Below the pieces are notes generated by a model that was given only the letters and a program-made list of their open reading frames with translations, did not search any database and was not told the DNA's origin. 64,000 nt of DNA from assembly GCA_947601445.1 (NCBI GenBank), contig CANQGD010000004.1, forward strand, positions 1,108 to 65,107, given 5' to 3'. Shown here one piece after another: positions 1 through 9,432 of this stretch (the first letter of the stretch is position 1; each line of letters begins with the position of its first letter). The stretch is from an uncultured Clostridia bacterium (GTDB taxonomy: Bacteria; Bacillota; Clostridia; Christensenellales; CAG-314). Both the position numbers and the translations under genes were made by a program.

Positions 1-240
1 CGGGAAAAGCGCAAATAGTGCAGTGCGTCACGGATTACTCGCCCCAAAAAGAATTGCGGCGTTTCGGCGAGACGATATTTTTCACAACGGGCGATGTCGC
101 GGCAACGGAAAAGGCCTCGAAGTTTTTCCCCGAGGCACATTTTGCTCATTTGAATATTTGAAATATGCGTAAATAAACCGCTTGTTTGAAACAGAACTAT
201 TTTGTGCTACGAGTAAAATATAGCGTCGGCAATGCCTGTC

Positions 241-852
241 TCATTCCGAGATTTTGTCCGTTGCGTTGTATTCTTTGTTTGTCGGATTGAGTCGTCTCGT
301 TAATTTTTCAATTGTTTTGGATTCCTGTATACCTGCTATCAAAATTGCATTAACGGCGATATTGACCGCCGACATCGGCGCGCGACCGGCAAGATACAGC
401 CAAAAACTCTTTTTTATTGTCTGATGACCGTTAAAAAACTCCCACAGTCCAAACAAACTCGGTTTAACTCCTACTATATATTGCAGCCACAGTCCAAATG
501 TGTTCAAACCGCATAGACACACGGTGTAACAAATCAATACCGACAATGTAAGTTTTGCCAAACGCGGCATTTTTATTTTGTATACAAGCGCGCATATCAC
601 GCCGTACAGTGTGATGGAAATTGCCATAAACCAATTGTAATCCCCGAGAGGATGTATCAAGTGTGCGATCAAGTCTCCGACATATCCGACCGTGGCGGCG
701 GGCAAAGCCCCGAAATATATTCCGGTAAAAAAACACACCGCAATGGTAACGGATACGGCGTTGTTGCCGGGTAATGGAATAGTGCAAAAATTTGCAACCA
801 CGGATAAAGCGGTCAACATAGCTATGCAAGCCAATTTCAATGTTTTGTTCAC
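241..852 (-). CDS. ECF-transporter S-component-like integral membrane protein (folate-family-like; substrate unknown)
   Basis: ORF 241..882 is hydrophobic throughout with about 6 TM segments. The motif GYVGDLIAHLIHPLGDYNWF resembles S-component loops. Start moved to GTG 852 (AAAGGGG 11 nt upstream) because the TTG 882 and ATG 876 lie inside a terminator hairpin. Confidence 0.5.
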   Translation of the reverse strand: MNKTLKLACIAMLTALSVVANFCTIPLPGNNAVSVTIAVCFFTGIYFGALPAATVGYVGDLIAHLIHPLGDYNWFMAISITLYGVICALVYKIKMPRLAKLTLSVLICYTVCLCGLNTFGLWLQYIVGVKPSLFGLWEFFNGHQTIKKSFWLYLAGRAPMSAVNIAVNAILIAGIQESKTIEKLTRRLNPTNKEYNATDKISE

Positions 853-854
853 AA

Positions 855-887
855 TAAAAAAATCCCCTTTTTGCATTCGCAAAAAGG
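855..887 (-). terminator. Intrinsic terminator inside the leader of the S-component gene (attenuator)
   Basis: On the minus strand, CCTTTTTGC-GAAT-GCAAAAAGG forms a 9-bp stem followed by GGATTTTTTT. It ends 3 nt before the GTG start. Confidence 0.6.
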
Positions 888-1043
888 TCCGATGAGCAGC
901 GTAAACCGCTATATATCAACGCCTCGCGTATGGGTTTCGGCTTGAAAGGGCAACGGACCAAACGACGCATCGCAGCGCAAATGAGCACTTTCGTCCGCGC
1001 TTTTTCCTAAACGCAGCACTTGACGCGCGCCGTCAACTTTGCT
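888..1043 (-). promoter_or_regulatory. Candidate riboswitch-like 5' leader, class not assigned
   Basis: About 150 nt lies between a good promoter and the leader terminator. It is GC-rich with several local helices (TTGAC..GTCAA, AGCGC..GCGCT, CGGAC..GTCCG). CCCTTT could pair with the AAAGGG of the terminator 3' arm as an antiterminator. Confidence 0.35.
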
Positions 1044-1049
1044 GATTTA

Positions 1050-1078
1050 ATTATATGTGCAAGACTTTATTTTGTAAA
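1050..1078 (-). promoter_or_regulatory. SigA-type promoter for the leader and S-component gene
   Basis: On the minus strand: TTTACA (1078-1073), 17-nt spacer, TATAAT (1055-1050). Confidence 0.5.
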
Positions 1079-1226
1079 GCGAATATACGATATTGCTTTG
1101 CGTATTATTTTATTTTTAAGCCCCGTTTAGTGTTTGTTTGGATAAAACTTGTCGGTAATAATCGGCTTTTGTTGCCGCAATGCAGCAAATTTGCATATTT
1201 CCGCCTCGTTTGCTCACACTACGGGT

Positions 1227-1901
1227 ATGATAATCATATTTATCCGTGCAATAATACTCTTTGCGGTATTGCTTTTTGTGTTTCGTCTCATGGGAAAACG
1301 GCAGATCGGCGAGATGGAACCTTTTGAACTTGTAATCACATTGGTAATTTCGGAATTGGCTTGCATTCCCATGTCGGATCGATCCATTCCCATTACATTC
1401 GGCATTGTGGCAATTCTCACTATGTTTGTGATTCATCAATTTATTTTGATACTCTCACACAGCGACAAACTGCAAGGCATCATCAACGGCAAGCCCGTAA
1501 TGGTAATTAACGGAGGCAATATAGATGTTCAGGCGCTAAAAAGTTTGAATATGCACGTCAACGACCTGTTGCAAGCCATGCGCGCAGCGGAGTATTTTTC
1601 GCTTGAAGAAATAATTTACGGCATAATGGAAACCAACGGACAATTGACCGTCGTTGCCAACAAAGATATGGAAAATAAACAACAAACATTACCCGTGCCG
1701 GTTATTCTCGAAGGCAAATGGAATGATGAAAATATAAACGGAAACGGATTTGACAAGGCGGAGTTGCAACAATTGCTTATAAAAGAGCATGTCAAATTGA
1801 AAAATGTCGTGTTGTGTGCCATTGACGAAAACAAGCGTATGACGCTGCAACGCCGCAATCAGGCTATTTGTTTCAAAAATGTGGAGGTTACTCGCAAATG
1901 A
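1227..1901 (+). CDS. DUF421 / YetF-family membrane protein
   Basis: The N-terminal TM region and the GKRQIGEMEPFELVITLVISE motif are typical of DUF421. Start placed at ATG 1227 (MIIIFIRA...). Confidence 0.7.
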   Translation: MIIIFIRAIILFAVLLFVFRLMGKRQIGEMEPFELVITLVISELACIPMSDRSIPITFGIVAILTMFVIHQFILILSHSDKLQGIINGKPVMVINGGNIDVQALKSLNMHVNDLLQAMRAAEYFSLEEIIYGIMETNGQLTVVANKDMENKQQTLPVPVILEGKWNDENINGNGFDKAELQQLLIKEHVKLKNVVLCAIDENKRMTLQRRNQAICFKNVEVTRK

Positions 1902-2275
1902 CGAAAAATATTTGGGCAGGGCTTATTGCCCTTGTGTTGGTTATTACCTGCGGTGTGTTGGAAGTCGTGCTTTTATCCAAAAGTTACGAACGTCTTGCCG
2001 CCGATTGCGATGAGATTATTGTCAAATGCGAACAGGAAAGTCTGACGGTTGCGGAATACAATAAATTTCGCGATAAGTGGGTGGATTTACGAGAAAAGAG
2101 CGAAATACTGCTTCCGCACCTCGATGTGTACGAAATAAATCTTCGATTTGCCGAGGGACAAGCGTATGCCGAACAGAAAGATTACGAACAACTTAAAGCG
2201 CAAATGTCGGTGGTGCGGGAATTGCTCGACTATGTGCCGCATCTGATGAAACCTTCGCTCAAACATATTGTTTGA
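1898..2275 (+). CDS. DUF4363-like small membrane-anchored protein
   Basis: ATGA overlap with the DUF421 stop. It has one N-terminal TM plus a helical domain. DUF421-DUF4363 pairing is common in Firmicutes. Confidence 0.55.
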   Translation: MTKNIWAGLIALVLVITCGVLEVVLLSKSYERLAADCDEIIVKCEQESLTVAEYNKFRDKWVDLREKSEILLPHLDVYEINLRFAEGQAYAEQKDYEQLKAQMSVVRELLDYVPHLMKPSLKHIV

Positions 2276-2528
2276 CGACAAACCAAATCGTAAATAAATG
2301 CAAAAAGCCGTCCGCGTTTGTTGAAATTCAATACGCGCGGCGGCATGATTTTATATGAAACGTGTAAACGATTTATTTGTTTGAGATGTTTTCGGTTATG
2401 TGGTGTAGCTCATTTTTAATCTTCGAAATGATGTTCGCCTCAAAAGTTGTACATTGCTTGTACGGCTTTTTAGGTTTACAATAAGATTGTCTGTCGGCTT
2501 TTGCATATCAAATTGAAAAACCATATTT

Positions 2529-5180
2529 TCAGTAGCTTACCACCAATTCGTTATCTTCTTTTTTGAGAGATGAGGCATAAAAAGGTGCATAACACTGTTG
2601 CCCGTTCAGCGTCATACATTGCACGCTTGATTTGGCGAATGTGGTATCGATACGTTTTCCCGCGATATTAAGGGCAAATTGCTCCAAAACGTTTTCCGTC
2701 GTCACCTTGGGCTGAATCTGCAATTTCCCCGCGGAAATACTCAAACCGTAGAGATTTTCCAATTGCGACACGTAGTACCAGCTTTTGGGAATATTGTATT
2801 TATTGCAAAGTTCTTTCAGACGCGCCTTGGACGGAGTTAGCAGCGGCATCGCTCCTATTGCCTGTGCATATTCGTACAAATTTTCATCTTCGCATATCAG
2901 TTTTTTGGTTCTGTCGTATTCTACAAGACACCGTACCCTGTCGAAATTTGCAAGTTTAGACGCATTGAGCAAGGCCAGCGCTTTTATGCACAAATCGTTC
3001 CCCTCGAAATCGTCGGAAAACAATTCCGATGTTGCTTTTTTTATCCAATCCGAAGGCAATTCGCCTACAAGGTTCAGATAGTAAACGGTCGCAAGCGGTG
3101 CGCTCAATCTGTCAAAAAAGACGTGCGGAATACCTTTCGAATCGTAATAAAAGAATTTTGTTTCGTTTTTTTCATAAATTTTTTCCAAAAATTCTCTTAT
3201 AAATCTTGGATTGGTATAACATATTGCCGCAAGCGTAAGACTGTCCGGACGTTTAATGAAGTTTTTCAGACAGAAAACATTTTTTTCATTTACGTAATTG
3301 AGATACGTTGATACCAGACTTTCTCTGATAATCGGCGTTGCGGCGGGAGTTTGTTCGAGAGATTCCAACGTTATGCTTGGTTTGAGTTCGCGTCCGATTG
3401 TTATTGCAATACAGTTGCCGGTGCCCGTTCGATTGCTGAGCTTGTAGCGGAGTTTGTCCGACGAACATTCCAATTCGTTTACCGTATAACTTTCCACTTT
3501 GCCATTGCAATGCAATACGTAACGCCGCAATCCGTCCGAAACTGCAAATGTGTTGGTTGCCTCGTCGAAATCAACTTTCGAAGTTCGTTCCAACGGAAAG
3601 TAAAACAGCGTACGTTCGGGGCGATTGTATTCGATTTGGTAAATTTTCCCCTTTTCATGACGGATACACAGAACCGCGTCAGGCTTTTCATAAACCAACT
3701 TGTCCGCATCTAACTTAAATTGTTTTTCGTTTAATTTGGAAAGTATTCCGTGGCGCACAGCATATATTCCTTCTCCTCCCACTCCGAAAACAAACCCTTT
3801 CAACAGAGTGGCGGAGTTTCCGCCGTTGTCTACGAACGTCGCCACGTCGGCGTTCCCCAAACGATAACTGAAATTTATTTGTTCCGACATGATTTTCGGC
3901 GGCAATAATTTTGTGTGACCGTGTGAAGACAAAAACAAATTCATACCGTCCGAGTCGATACGAGAGCAGGCATTGTCCCACAAATAAGGACAGCGCGTTG
4001 TTCCGAATTGTTCCAATTCTGAAAGCGATTCTGCAAGTTGGGGCGTATTGTCGGCAAAAACGGAAACTATTTCAAATTGATAGCATTCGTTGCTTTCGAG
4101 CGTTATTTGAAACGTTCTGCTTTCTTTGCCGTCGCATTTGATAATTTCGGCGTCATGAACTATTGCGGTTGCGGCAAATAAATCCGACGCGATACATATT
4201 GCGTTGCCCATTTCGAAATATTCCGTTTTGACGTCCAAAGCTGTGTTTCGTACTTTGATTTCGACAGTGAATTTGCGCGATTTTTTCCCCGTATTGGTAA
4301 TGGTGCATCTGCGTATTTCGCTGTTTCCCGTTACAAAGTACTGCATTGCGACATTGACAGTCAGGCTGTATCCCGAAAATTCGGCAATTCGTTCTCCGAA
4401 TTTGCTTTCCATAAAAGTATCGAATACGTTTCTTCCGTTTGCATATACAAACAATTTTGTATCGATATGAGTTGATTTTGTCCCCAATCGAGAAGCCGAC
4501 ATTCCGAGACAGTCTACAACCGCCGCAATCTTCCCTCCCGCATAGGCAACTCTGAGATATTTTGTGTTTGGCAAAAATTCGTTTTTCAAAAGTGACGGTT
4601 TCAAAAAACGCCCCAAATATTTTTCCGCGTAAGTTTTTTTGCAAAGCAATTCGGCGGTGGCAGCGCAGTAATATTTTACTTTATACAACCTGATTGCTTC
4701 TTCGAGATACCGATCTTCGCGTTCTGTCAACTCCACATATTGACGGGTTTTGTCCAACAAGTTGCCGATAGCGTTATCGGACAATGCAAATTGAGTGCAT
4801 TTACAAAACAGCTCGGCAATTTGTTCTATACGCGTTGAGTCGGTATTTGAAGGGAAAATCAAATATTTTTTTTCGAAAACATTTCTCAGCCGAACATATT
4901 GCGCCCAAAATTCGTAGAAATATCCAAGTGCGGCTCTCTCGGCTACATTGTCGGCATGCGATAGAGCCAATTTGTTGAGACAAAACTCTATGTCCGTCGT
5001 TTCGACTGCACGAGAAAGCGGATAGTAGCTGTTTGCTATGTGTTCCAACTGCTCTAAATATTGTTTTTCGGTGGTTCCGGGTCCGATCAATCGGGAAAAC
5101 GGCTTTCTGTTGAAATTCCATCGGATGTTTTTGTAAATATATTTGGCAATCATATTATACCTCGCAAAAATTGTTGCCAT
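2529..5180 (-). CDS. Large uncharacterised protein (883 aa); C-terminal part weakly reminiscent of GH94/GH65/GH15-clan glycoside phosphorylase or hydrolase folds
   Basis: Long ORF 2529..5273. Start moved to ATG 5180 (GAGGA upstream) because codons 1-9 overlap a terminator. The layout is helical N-terminus, beta-rich middle, helical region, then a C-terminal LYGLSISAGKLQIQPKV beta-sandwich-like tail. Confidence 0.6.
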   Translation of the reverse strand: MATIFARYNMIAKYIYKNIRWNFNRKPFSRLIGPGTTEKQYLEQLEHIANSYYPLSRAVETTDIEFCLNKLALSHADNVAERAALGYFYEFWAQYVRLRNVFEKKYLIFPSNTDSTRIEQIAELFCKCTQFALSDNAIGNLLDKTRQYVELTEREDRYLEEAIRLYKVKYYCAATAELLCKKTYAEKYLGRFLKPSLLKNEFLPNTKYLRVAYAGGKIAAVVDCLGMSASRLGTKSTHIDTKLFVYANGRNVFDTFMESKFGERIAEFSGYSLTVNVAMQYFVTGNSEIRRCTITNTGKKSRKFTVEIKVRNTALDVKTEYFEMGNAICIASDLFAATAIVHDAEIIKCDGKESRTFQITLESNECYQFEIVSVFADNTPQLAESLSELEQFGTTRCPYLWDNACSRIDSDGMNLFLSSHGHTKLLPPKIMSEQINFSYRLGNADVATFVDNGGNSATLLKGFVFGVGGEGIYAVRHGILSKLNEKQFKLDADKLVYEKPDAVLCIRHEKGKIYQIEYNRPERTLFYFPLERTSKVDFDEATNTFAVSDGLRRYVLHCNGKVESYTVNELECSSDKLRYKLSNRTGTGNCIAITIGRELKPSITLESLEQTPAATPIIRESLVSTYLNYVNEKNVFCLKNFIKRPDSLTLAAICYTNPRFIREFLEKIYEKNETKFFYYDSKGIPHVFFDRLSAPLATVYYLNLVGELPSDWIKKATSELFSDDFEGNDLCIKALALLNASKLANFDRVRCLVEYDRTKKLICEDENLYEYAQAIGAMPLLTPSKARLKELCNKYNIPKSWYYVSQLENLYGLSISAGKLQIQPKVTTENVLEQFALNIAGKRIDTTFAKSSVQCMTLNGQQCYAPFYASSLKKEDNELVVSY

Positions 5181-5257
5181 TTTCCTCGTCTGATACACAG
5201 ACAAACAATTATTTGAAGGCGAATTTTGGCTTGAAGTGTCGTATTTGACGTTTTTAT

Positions 5258-5284
5258 AAAAAAGCCCCGTCATTTCAACGGGGC
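5258..5284 (-). terminator. Intrinsic terminator after the 441-aa membrane protein gene
   Basis: On the minus strand: GCCCCGT-TGAAATG-ACGGGGC followed by TTTTTT. Confidence 0.6.
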
Positions 5285-5308
5285 GGTAAAAAATTCCTGT
5301 TTTACGTT

Positions 5309-6631
5309 TTATTTGCGATTTCTTTTGGAAAATCTGTTGCAGTTTTCTTCAATCAGCTGCGCCTTGTTATTCAACAGATTGTCGAGATTTTCCACATATA
5401 CATTGAAGCGTCTCAGCGTCGCAAGTAAATTGGTGTCCAGGATAAAATGTAAATCGTTGCTCATATCCGACGGGTTCGGCAAAATTTCCGGACTTTGCAA
5501 TCTGCTTTTAATTACGATATAAAAACAATGATCTTTTTTGCGGTAATAGGGCAGCGCCTCTAAATTCAGTTGTTCGTAAGATATATCGCATAGATATTCC
5601 GTTTCGGGGGTTTCGCCGCCGGTATCGAAAACGTCTTGTACGTCGGGTACGGATTCATATGGTTCATCTGGAAATTCCAAGGACAAACTTATTCCGTTTT
5701 CCGTAAAGTCGCACAAATAGCCGTTGCCGCCGTCTGCATAGCGGTGCGGAAAATTTCTGCGTTCCTCTATCAACTCCCGTTGCAGTTGTTCTTTAACTTT
5801 TTTGCGGATTGCGACATGCGATAAGTCCGTAAAGTCAAACGGGTAATTAGTGGAATAAAATTCGCGCTCTTTTTTCGGTAGCCATACCCAATAAAGGATG
5901 GCGAAAATGACCGAGACGGAAATAAATACTGCGTTTACGCTTATATTCAAGACAATTCGAACGGCGTCTGATAGGTCCACAGATTCAAATACTATTCCGA
6001 ACAAAACCACGTAAATTACTACGATCAACCAGTAAGAAAAATTCAAAATAAAACTTTTTCTATAAGCCGGACAGCTTGGTTGGCGGAGCAAAGAGTATTC
6101 GCAGTAGGATACGTACAGATCCGTTTCCACCGACGGCGAAGTTTTCTTTTGCCAAACGTATAGTCCGCCGCTGGCTAAAATTAACGCCCCCATAATCGCT
6201 CCGCAAACGCCCATTACCGTAGTGTTATTCTTGCGCATGTTGCTTATGGTTACGTTATAATCTACGATTGTTGAATCATCTTGCTTTATGCCCAATATCC
6301 AGGGGTATGTGCTCTCAATTTGTCTCAAAGGCAGTAACAGAGTTACTTCTTTGTTCACCAAGTTGTCGGGCGTAGTCAGATAGTCGCGCACGGGATTAGC
6401 CATATACGTATCTTTATCGTCCAATACAATGACGAATTGTTCGTTTTTGTCCTCGCCGATAAACGTTATTGTCCCGTATGCTTCTCGCACGTTTCCGTTA
6501 AGGTTGCGGCTGTTGAGTACCCCGCAGAAAACCATTAATGCTGCGGCAAAAATTGCCATAGCAAAAAGCGCAAGCGACGACCATTTTAGACGTCTGTATT
6601 TTGGATTTTCCGTTGAAACTTTGTTGTACAT
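5309..6631 (-). CDS. Multi-pass membrane protein with acidic cytoplasmic C-terminal domain, unknown function
   Basis: ORF 5309..6718. Start placed at ATG 6631 with SD AGAGGA. It has about 5 TM segments and no motif I recognise. Confidence 0.6.
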   Translation of the reverse strand: MYNKVSTENPKYRRLKWSSLALFAMAIFAAALMVFCGVLNSRNLNGNVREAYGTITFIGEDKNEQFVIVLDDKDTYMANPVRDYLTTPDNLVNKEVTLLLPLRQIESTYPWILGIKQDDSTIVDYNVTISNMRKNNTTVMGVCGAIMGALILASGGLYVWQKKTSPSVETDLYVSYCEYSLLRQPSCPAYRKSFILNFSYWLIVVIYVVLFGIVFESVDLSDAVRIVLNISVNAVFISVSVIFAILYWVWLPKKEREFYSTNYPFDFTDLSHVAIRKKVKEQLQRELIEERRNFPHRYADGGNGYLCDFTENGISLSLEFPDEPYESVPDVQDVFDTGGETPETEYLCDISYEQLNLEALPYYRKKDHCFYIVIKSRLQSPEILPNPSDMSNDLHFILDTNLLATLRRFNVYVENLDNLLNNKAQLIEENCNRFSKRNRK

Positions 6632-7281
6632 AATTCCTCTATTCTTTGGAACGATACGTTTGTAAAATCTTTTATTGCCGGTACCGCATCTGTAAAATAT
6701 GTTTGTATGCCTATGCAATACATTCCTGCGTTAAGCGCTGCTTGTATACCGTTTGCGGAATCTTCGAACACAATGCATTGCGAAGGTTTGACGCCCGTTT
6801 TATGTGCCGTGAACAAAAAAATATCGGGTTGCGGCTTGTGAGGCAGACCCGCTGTCCCGTCCACAAAGACATCAAACAAGTCGGCTATTTTCAATCGTGT
6901 TGCCACCGATAGGCTGGACGTGCTTGCCGAAGCCACCGCGCATTTGATTCCAAGCGTTTTGATTTGTGCGATAAATTGCAAAACCCCGGGAATTATATCT
7001 TTGTCGGATACCCTCGCAAGCGCAGTCGCGGCACACTGTTGACGTATCGCGCTGTAATATTCTATGTCCTGTTCCGTTGCCGTTTTTCCCGATTTCGTCA
7101 ATAAATAGGGTATCACTTTTTGGCGACCCGCGCTTTTGAAGGGAGCATATTCTTCATAGGTAAAATCAACGCCGAGTATATTTGCGATACGTTGCCAGGC
7201 AAGGTGGTGGTATTTTTCACTGTCCACAACAACTCCGTCAAAGTCGAATATGCACGCCGCAATATTTATATTTGTATCCAT
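6586..7281 (-). CDS. HAD-superfamily hydrolase, beta-phosphoglucomutase family
   Basis: HAD motifs are present: FDFDGVVVDS (DxDG), ASAS, HKPQPDIF and FEDSANGIQAA. Confidence 0.8.
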   Translation of the reverse strand: MDTNINIAACIFDFDGVVVDSEKYHHLAWQRIANILGVDFTYEEYAPFKSAGRQKVIPYLLTKSGKTATEQDIEYYSAIRQQCAATALARVSDKDIIPGVLQFIAQIKTLGIKCAVASASTSSLSVATRLKIADLFDVFVDGTAGLPHKPQPDIFLFTAHKTGVKPSQCIVFEDSANGIQAALNAGMYCIGIQTYFTDAVPAIKDFTNVSFQRIEELCTTKFQRKIQNTDV

Positions 7282-7392
7282 AGATGAATTTTATCACACG
7301 CCGACAGACTTTTCAAGTATATAAAAACCAAAAAATCTGTTTTGGCTCTCGAAAACATAAAATACAACTTTGCAAAAGTTTTTACAAAACGG

Positions 7393-7421
7393 TTGACAAA
7401 TTTTATGTAATAAACTATTAT
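7393..7421 (+). promoter_or_regulatory. SigA-type promoter of tRNA-Leu
   Basis: TTGACA (7393-7398), 17-nt spacer, TATTAT (7416-7421). The tRNA starts 12 nt downstream. Confidence 0.6.
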
Positions 7422-7432
7422 ATTAGAGTAAT

Positions 7433-7515
7433 GCGGGATTGGCGGAACCGGCAGACGCGTGCGTTTAAGGGGCGTATGGGAGACCGTGTGAGTTCAAGTC
7501 TCACATCCCGCACCA
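7433..7515 (+). tRNA. tRNA-Leu (anticodon UAA), CCA encoded
   Basis: Hand-folded cloverleaf: acceptor GCGGGAT/ATCCCGC, anticodon loop TTTAAGG, long variable arm, T-arm GTGAG-TTCAAGT-CTCAC. Confidence 0.9.
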
Positions 7516-7542
7516 AAAAAGGTTTTATAAAACTTTGCAGAA

Positions 7543-7578
7543 AGAAAAAGTGTGTTCTAAACACGCTTTTTCTTTTTG
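7543..7578 (+). terminator. Intrinsic terminator after tRNA-Leu
   Basis: AGAAAAAGTGTGT-TCTAA-ACACGCTTTTTCT followed by TTTT. Confidence 0.7.
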
Positions 7579-7976
7579 TGTTAACTTTATTTGTAAAAGA
7601 ATGGAAATTTGAGTTTTTACCGATAGTTTGTCGATATTTATTTGTGTTTTTGGATTTTTACAAAGTTTAACGGCTTGCGCGACAAACTCAAATCGCAGTT
7701 CGGTTTATTGGAGGGCGCTGTCAATACGCATGAGCTTATTTGTTCTAAACATAAAAAAGTATAAGAATTATATTCTTTTGTTTAGCAATAAGATGTTCTT
7801 TTGTATTGCGATAGTGCAAGTCGAATAAAATCGGCGAGTACTAAGTTTTAATCGATAAAACAACAATTGTAAACGAAACGGAACGGCGTCTCGATTTACA
7901 TTTCGGAAAGGATTATATATCGTCGTATATTTTAAGATATTTTACCGCCAAATAAAAAAGCGCCGCAGATAGGCGC

Positions 7977-8513
7977 TCAGTCAATGAGGTTGTCGGAAAT
8001 TTTGCTGTAAATCGTCGGGGCTTTTTCTGCCCAAGTGCGTTCGATATATTTGGCGATATTACGAGTCATAACATTAAGTTTTACTTCCAAAGTGGTTTTT
8101 GTCGGTTCAACAATTTTGAGTATCACGTCGTAACTGCCGTCGGGACATTTTTCATAAGTGGCAATATAGTCCTGACGTCTGCGATAATCTATGCGTTTGT
8201 GTTTTATGTCGTCTGCGATCAACTGACGGACGCTGCTCGGAATACGTGTATAAAAATTTTTCAAACACCATCTTCCTTCTGCGGTCAAATCGAACAGTTC
8301 GTCGCCTCCTCCCATAGGAATGCTTTTGTAGACAAAGCCGTTTTGAACAACGTCGTAGAGAGTTTGCTTGCAATTGGCAAAGTCTATCCAATTGTTTTTG
8401 TAACTGCAAAGGTCTAAAATGGTAGCTTCTGTCAACGCCGTTTCCATCTTGTCGAAAACGAACAAAAGTATCAGTTTATTTAGCGTGCTGTCTTGCGTGA
8501 TACCTGCTTGCAT
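7977..8513 (-). CDS. DUF4364-like putative transcriptional regulator
   Basis: 178 aa. The N-terminal LNKLILLFVFDKMETALTEATILD pattern resembles DUF4364 of Clostridia. SD is AGAGAGG. Confidence 0.5.
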   Translation of the reverse strand: MQAGITQDSTLNKLILLFVFDKMETALTEATILDLCSYKNNWIDFANCKQTLYDVVQNGFVYKSIPMGGGDELFDLTAEGRWCLKNFYTRIPSSVRQLIADDIKHKRIDYRRRQDYIATYEKCPDGSYDVILKIVEPTKTTLEVKLNVMTRNIAKYIERTWAEKAPTIYSKISDNLID

Positions 8514-8664
8514 AGTTACCTCTCTCTGCTAACCCAATAAGTATACACTAAAACTTTGTTTTCTACAAGAGTTTTCAACGTTTTTGCACAAAAATACTTC
8601 CAAAACCATACCTTTTGTGATAAAATATATTTTACATATACACGCGCGTGCAATTGGAGAAATT

Positions 8665-9414
8665 ATGGGTACAAACGAAATAGCTTATTTTACCGAGAGC
8701 GTCAACACGCTTATCGAAGGCAAGCTAATATTGATAGACAAGCATATCGCCCAGGTACTCAAATGCGTTGCGGCGTCTCGAACGCTGTGCAATATTCTTT
8801 CCGAAACGGTGCAGACAATGTCCTATGCCACGGAGTTTTCGCGCGCACGCGTAACTTGGACGCGCCCCGACGGTACGGTGGAGTGTAGTCTCAAACTGCC
8901 TACCGACCGAAATCGTTTGTTTTCGTTTGTGGTGTGTTTGCTTACCGAAGTGGACGCCGGGCGTCGCAATATATTGGAGTTTCTCAAAGAATACTATTAT
9001 GCGGGCAACAACGATCGCAGTTATCAACGCTTTGCGGACGAGGTTTTGAAACCTTTTAAGCAAGCGGGCGAAGCGTTGTTAAGCAGTATCGATCCCGAAA
9101 GCGTCAACGTGCAATATGTTGCGCAGGCGGAACATTTTTTTCAGGCGGAAAAGATTTATATCGGAACGACGCTGCTGAAACAAATTTTAGATACGGTGGA
9201 ACAAATACGGCAAACGGTTTTACGGCAAAACCCGTCTTCGGGAGCGTCCTCCGAATATAACTTTGCGTCCGAATATCTTGTAAATTCGCTGTATCTCAAA
9301 AATCCCAAGATTATTTCCGTGTCTTTTTTGGCGTACAAATATGTCGCGCTCAAATACGCGGGAACCGAACAGTATGTGCAAACATTGGCGCAACTGTTGG
9401 ACAGAGTGTTGTAA
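8665..9414 (+). CDS. Hypothetical protein (249 aa)
   Basis: ORF 8584..9414. Start placed at ATG 8665 behind GGAGA. No recognisable motif. It lies immediately upstream of cysE. Confidence 0.55.
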   Translation: MGTNEIAYFTESVNTLIEGKLILIDKHIAQVLKCVAASRTLCNILSETVQTMSYATEFSRARVTWTRPDGTVECSLKLPTDRNRLFSFVVCLLTEVDAGRRNILEFLKEYYYAGNNDRSYQRFADEVLKPFKQAGEALLSSIDPESVNVQYVAQAEHFFQAEKIYIGTTLLKQILDTVEQIRQTVLRQNPSSGASSEYNFASEYLVNSLYLKNPKIISVSFLAYKYVALKYAGTEQYVQTLAQLLDRVL

Positions 9415-9432
9415 AAACAGGGTGGCTTAATC

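Noticed and set aside
1-149. Possible 5' end of a minus-strand gene leaving the window (MSKMCLGEKLRGLFRCRDIARCEKYRLAETPQFF...)
   Set aside because: Only about 50 codons are visible. There is no SD and no recognisable motif, so I cannot distinguish it from chance.
888-1043. Assignment of the S-component leader to the THF riboswitch class
   Set aside because: Only short look-alike blocks (GCGTTTAGG, GCGCGG) are present. The order of elements and the pseudoknot partners (GGGATG with CATCC) of THF-I as I recall them are not. I left it unclassified.
7284-7828. ORFs 7284..7670 and 7628..7828 (+)
   Set aside because: The first spans the tRNA-Leu(UAA) gene with its promoter and terminator. The second is low-complexity AT-rich sequence without an SD.
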